The notes under the pieces were generated by a model. That model had not been told where the DNA came from. It made no database searches and saw only the letters and a program-made list of their open reading frames with translations. Below, one piece after another: positions 58,466-64,000 of a DNA stretch of 64,000 nt (position 1 is its first letter; the number at the start of each line of letters is the position of its first letter). Source of the DNA: Eledone cirrhosa (Eukaryota); contig OZ024760.1 in NCBI GenBank assembly GCA_964016885.1, positions 25,668,001 through 25,732,000 of the forward strand, in the 5' to 3' direction. The translations under genes were made by a program, and so were the position numbers.

Positions 58466-59475
58466 TCTCCACTCTCTCTCTCACTCTCTCACTCTCTCTC
58501 ACTCACTCTCTCTCACTCACTCTCTCTCACTCACTCTCTCTCACTCGCTCTCTCTCTCTCTCTCTCTCGCTCTCTCTCACTCGCTCTCTCACTCGCTTTC
58601 TCACTCGCTCTCTCTCTCGCTCTCTCTCACTCGCTGTCTCTCACTCGCTCTCTCTCACTCGCTCTCTCACTCGCTCTCTCACTCGCTCTCTCACTCGCTC
58701 TCTCACTCGCTCTCTCTCACTCGCTCTCTCTCACTCGCTCTCTCTCACTCGCTCTCTCACTCGATCTCTCTCACTCGCTCTCTTTCTCTCGCTCTCTCTC
58801 ACTCGCTCTCTCACTCGCTCTCTCACTTGCTCTCTCTCACTCGCTCTCTCTCACTCGCTCTCTCACTCATTCTCTCTCTCTCACTCTCTCTATCTCACTC
58901 ATTCTCTCTCTCTCTTTTAAAATCTACCCCTGGTCATACCCTGATCAAATCACTCTATAGAACATCACCACCACCATCACCACTACATCCATCACCACCA
59001 CCACTACACCATAGCACCACCACCATCCTCATCACCACCACCACTACCCTACCACACCACTACCGCCACCACCACACCACCACCGCCACCACCACACCAC
59101 CACCGCCACCACCACACCACCATACCACCACCTGTACCCACACCACCACACCACCACCGTCACCACTACATCCATCACCACACCACCACTACCACACCAC
59201 TACCGCCACCACCACCACTATCACACCACTACCGCCACCACCACACCACCATACCACCACCTGTACCCACACCACCACACTACCACACCACCACTACATC
59301 CATCACCACCACACCACTACCGCCACCACCACCACTATCACACCACTACCGCCACCACCACACCACCACCGCCACCACCACACCACCATACCACCACCTG
59401 TACCCACACCACCACACAGCCACCACACCACCACACCACCACCAACACCACCACACCACTATCATCATCATCACC
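58300..59475. repeat. (CT)/(CTCACTCG) and (CAC)-type microsatellite tracts
   Basis: Direct inspection. Confidence 0.9.
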
Positions 59476-59753
59476 GTATCAAATTCCTGTCTATATAGTT
59501 GAATGTGAATCTTATGTTTTGCAACAAACCATGACGTAATCGAATTTTGCAGTTTTGTGTTGAGGTCATGTGATACACAGTAACATAACGTTTAGTGAGA
59601 GTGTCACGCGAGAATTGAACATTTTTATATTTCAACTTTATCCTTTTCTTATATCTTTATGTTTGCAATTTATTTTATTTTATTTTAAACATTTAAACGT
59701 ACAGAAAAATTATCAAATCAGCCATATATATATTATGTATGTATGTATGTATA

Positions 59754-59787
<34 letters not shown>

Positions 59788-59996
59788 CTTTCAGATAGAA
59801 AATTAACTAAACTATATATGTACATATATATACACATATGTATGCATGTAATATATATATATATATATATACACACACATATATACATTTATATATACAT
59901 CCATATACATACATACATTTATATATACATCCATATACATACATACATTTATATATACATCCATATACATACACATACACACATATATATATACAC

Positions 59997-60028
<32 letters not shown>

Positions 60029-60054
60029 ATGCATGTATATACATATGTGTATGC

Positions 60055-60103
<49 letters not shown>

Positions 60104-60326
60104 CATAATGTACATATATATCTATATATGTATGTGTATAACGTACATATATATGCATGTGTGTATATGTAGTGTACAGTAGGGCTATTAACCCAACCAA
60201 TATGGAGGACACATTTTGTTGAGTTAGGTGCGTACACGGTCTATGTTTAACCCTTTGGCTAACATATTTCTCATGATGGACACCTCTAATTTCCACAATC
60301 ATCTACGCTTTCGACTATTTTATTAA

Positions 60327-60625
60327 CTAGAAGTTTTTTTCAAACCCCTGGCACGCATGTGTGTGCGTGTGTGTATGTGTATATTCATACATTTATATGT
60401 ATGAATATATTAATATAGACGCGCAATCACGCACACACTCACATACATACATTCACACAAACACAGACACACACATACATTCACGTACAGCGTAGCAAAT
60501 GAACCAACAACCGCTGTTTTGTCATAGTTTTTTCACTATCACCTTCCTTTCTTTTATACAAACACACGCGCACATTGTGTGGCGGTCGGGCGGACGGACG
60601 GAAATCGCTCAAATTTATATATAGA
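60327..60625 (-). mobile_element. Non-autonomous Helitron-like element
   Basis: Minus strand A|TCTATATATAAA..(CCGT)n..CTAG|T, inserted between A and T; the 3' hairpin is degraded. Confidence 0.6.
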
Positions 60626-61232
60626 TAACACTAACGTGAAAGTTAATAAGCTCGCATGAAGGTTGTAGCATAGCAGATTCGTTAGAACGCCGGAAAACTG
60701 TTTTATGATATTTAGCTACAGTTCTTTACGTTCTCAGTCCAAGTCCTGCCGAGGTCGATTTTACCTATATCACCTTCTGTGGTCGATAAGGCGCTGAGCT
60801 GGCCAGCCGCAGGTGTCAGCCTCACGAGTTGGAATGGCTCTTCCAGCGCATCTCCCTTACCATCCTCTGGGGAAACGCCTTCTCCATTCTGTCCGCCGGG
60901 GCTTTGGGGTGGCCAGCACGTGGGACCCCATTTGCTCACCGTACAAAGAGATGGGGATGGCGAGAGAGATGCAGGCGATGACATTGGGAGTTCGGCTGTT
61001 CTGTGTTCGGACCTGGTGTACATGAGAGATAGGGATGGCGAGAGAGATGGAGGCGATGACAGTGGGAGTTCGATTATACCACGTTCGGACCATACCCTTG
61101 TGGCTGTGTTCATCTATATAGAAAATTATTTATTATCCATTTGCAGCAATAGTTGTCACCCTTGTGAACTACACTAGAAACAACTATTTAGCTGCTGTTT
61201 GGAACATAACAAACAGCTTTCTATCATAGAAC

Positions 61233-61440
61233 GTGAAGGTGCGTGACATGGTGGTTAGAGTTGGATTCACAATCGTGAGGTTACGAGTTCAATTCTCGGA
61301 CCGGGTGGTGCGTTGTGTCCTTGAGCAAGACACTTTATTTCGCGTTGCTACTTCTGTCAAGAGTTGCGACCGGTAGGTAGTGTCAGTAATGGAAAGACCT
61401 ATGGAGACATTGTTTCCTCGGTCCGATTTGATGAGGTCCA
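61233..61440 (+). mobile_element. CORE-like SINE
   Basis: Homologous to 27795-28010. Confidence 0.8.
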
Positions 61441-61743
61441 CCCTACTCGGCAAGCAAATGATGCCTGGGATCTTGTCGATCGATCAGAGCAATCGATCAT
61501 CGAATCAGTTCCTCTAACACGAAGGGCGTTTTTTTGTGATGGGCGGGGTGTTCACGTTAATCAATAGAGTGCATAGCATGGAGATCAGGGAGTCGCTCCA
61601 GGTAGAGCCGATAATCTTCCGAATTGAGAGATCACAGAACGGATAGTACGGTTTTATTTTGTTTTTCGTCTGTCAATAGGGTTAGTGTTAGGTGTATTTG
61701 AATATAATTTTCTAAGCTATTGTTTGTAACAATCTACTGTACT

Positions 61744-62069
61744 CAGGTCCGGATTTAATGGAGAGGGGGGGGGGGGCAAAAAAGCCAATTTTCCCGGGTC
61801 CCCTGCAATAGAGGAGCTCCACCAATGACAGCCGTAGCAATTTATTTGTGCCCTCAGCTGGACTTTTTAGTTTTAGGATGGTTAGAATTTTTGAATTTAA
61901 TACCTGTATGAATAATATTTTCAATTCCAATTACTTACACCAAACTAACGTTGATATGTCAAATTGGGGGATGGGTTTGTTGTGTATTCTATTTTTTTTT
62001 TGTGTATGAGGAACCCCCCACCCCCAAGCTCTATTTCCCCGCAACCCCCAAGATCTAAATCTAACACTG
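61744..62069. mobile_element. Degenerate hAT-like MITE
   Basis: Ends CAGGTCCGGATTTA / TAAATCTAACACTG; imperfect 8-bp TSD ACTGTACT / ACTGTGTT. Confidence 0.45.
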
Positions 62070-63672
62070 ACTGTGTTTACAGTTATTTTCCGTCAATAGA
62101 GGTATTTTACCCACTTTTCTAAGCTATTGTTTATAAATAATCGAATGTGTTTACAATTATTTTCCGTCAACAGGAGTAATTTACCCAGTTTTCTAAGCTT
62201 TGTTTATAGCAATTGACTGTGGTAAGTTATATTCTGTAAATAGGGGTAATTTACCCAGTTTTCTAAGCTTTTATTTATATATTATTTATGACTGTGATTA
62301 CAATTATTTCCTATGTTTGGGGTTTCTAGACCTAAGAACTTTAAATCTAACCAATTGCAATGATACATTCAATTTACAAAGATCTTTATATATTTCTGCC
62401 AAAACCTTTATCTTTCAATGGCTGCGTCCACTTGACTGTGTCAACGTAATATTTTAGTGGTATGGTGAAGAAGTTTTGATGCATAAGGTCCCGAGTTCGA
62501 ACTCATTGCGGGGTACTGCAACCATTCACAACCAGAAAAGCTCAATATTTTCGAACGCACTCACGCATAACATTAATAAAGAACTGCATGGCCTTGAAAT
62601 ACGGAAGGGACGACCACATATAGGCGGTTGATTATCAGTGGATTGGCCGAATCTGATGAGTGCCGGACACCATGCTTCGTGACACAGTTACGTCCCTTTA
62701 CTTTCTGGTTTCAAATCCGGCCGAGGTTAGCTTTGACTTTCATCCTTGCAGGTTCAATACAACAAAGTACCAGTAATTAACTGGTTCGATTTAATCGACT
62801 TTCCCTTCCCCAAATAATTGTTTCTACTTTTGGCACAAGGTCAGTAATTACCCCAGTGCAATACTGGTACTTTATTTTATCGACCCCGAAAGGATGAAAG
62901 GCAAATTTGAACTCAGGATGGCAAGGGCCGTAACTCTATGCGTCAAAGCATGGCGTCCGACCCTCTACCGGTACTGCCAATCCACCACCCTTCCCTTCCC
63001 CAAATAATAATCGACCACCTTTTCCTTCCCCAAATAATAATTAACTTTTGACATTGTGATTAATCAGAAATAATTATTAGATTGAAAGATCCACAGAAAT
63101 GTTATTTACTAATTTAATCCTGTTGGAACATATATCTTAAAATAGACTAGTTCACCTGAAACTATGTGAAAGACCCTGTGATCACCTTTAGCCATCATCA
63201 TCATCATTATCCGGCGGCCTCAGCCGAAATGGACTCAACAATTGTTCTCCACGTGGGTCTGTCGTTCATTGCCGTTGCCAAGTCCTGGATTTCAAAACCT
63301 CGATGTCATCTCCAGAGATTCTGGTATTGAAATCCAGGTATTGAAAGTATCTATAATGCAGAAGGCCACTTCTGTCACCTCAAACTGTACTCAGAAATTG
63401 TTATGACTACACGTGCCTGTGAAATGTGAAGTTACGGAAGCTTTAATTTCACGAACATTGTGTTCTTTCATCACTACCTAACTCAGACACTCATCCTCGC
63501 AACAGATGGAGGTCCATTTGCTCTTCTTTACCAACTGGTTGTACATATGGTCCGTACTGGCATGGCTAACTGGATCATAGAATAATCCAGAGAATGGTTA
63601 CAAGGTGTGTGTATATATATATATGTACGTATTTATTTATATATGTATGTATATATATATATATATATATAT

Positions 63673-63850
63673 CTAGGGCGGGTAAAATTCCCGAGAATCA
63701 TGGACGAGTTCTCTCCAGCGGTCTATGTCCCTCATTATCGTTGCCATGTCCTGCGTCACCAAGAGAACAGTGTCTGTCGTTAGGACATCAACATATGTTA
63801 ACTTCGGTCTTCCTCTTCCAATGTGTCCATGCAGGGGCTCCCACATACTC
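63673..63850 (-). mobile_element. RTE-like LINE ORF 3' end
   Basis: WEPLHGHIGRGRPKLTYVDVL..MRDIDRWRELVHDSREFYPP*, same family as 13900-14165. A further RTE 3' end with a (TGA)n tail lies at ~63193-63300 (-). Confidence 0.85.
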
Positions 63851-63851
63851 T

Positions 63852-63932
<81 letters not shown>

Positions 63933-64000
63933 CTTTGGGTTTTATGATTTCACAAAGTTTTACCAATAGAGAGAGAGAGTCGGTTTCTAACATAGACACA

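Noticed and set aside
63490-63605. Possible exon after CAACAG
   Set aside because: All frames stop quickly and no protein motif is recognisable.

Overview
AT-rich, repeat-saturated eukaryotic DNA, probably intronic or intergenic, with no confidently supported host gene. Nearly all ORF-track entries are microsatellite or minisatellite translations. The SINE and LINE families (Nin/Deu-domain SINE, CORE-like SINE, RTE, CR1-group and R4/Dong LINE remnants) suggest a cephalopod, probably Octopus-like; this is an inference. The main signal is about two dozen hand-identified minimal type I hammerhead-ribozyme (HHR) motifs (stem I-CTGANGA-stem II-GAAA-short, often palindromic stem III-TH) from several families. 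Most sit in short non-coding islands between (TA)n tracts. Many islands are asymmetric fold-backs: an inverted repeat with an HHR in each arm, a short arm ending about 45-60 nt after the cleavage site, and a long arm with an extra tail. The fold-back apex recurs between independent copies. These resemble Penelope-like element (PLE) pLTR or retrozyme derivatives, but no RT or endonuclease ORF for them is visible here. Also present: a ~10 kb polarized (TA)n-CTG satellite, satellites amplified from SINE, LINE and MITE pieces, a hAT MITE nested in an R4/Dong LINE, and Helitron-like remnants. All motifs and coordinates were read by eye and may be off by a few bases.
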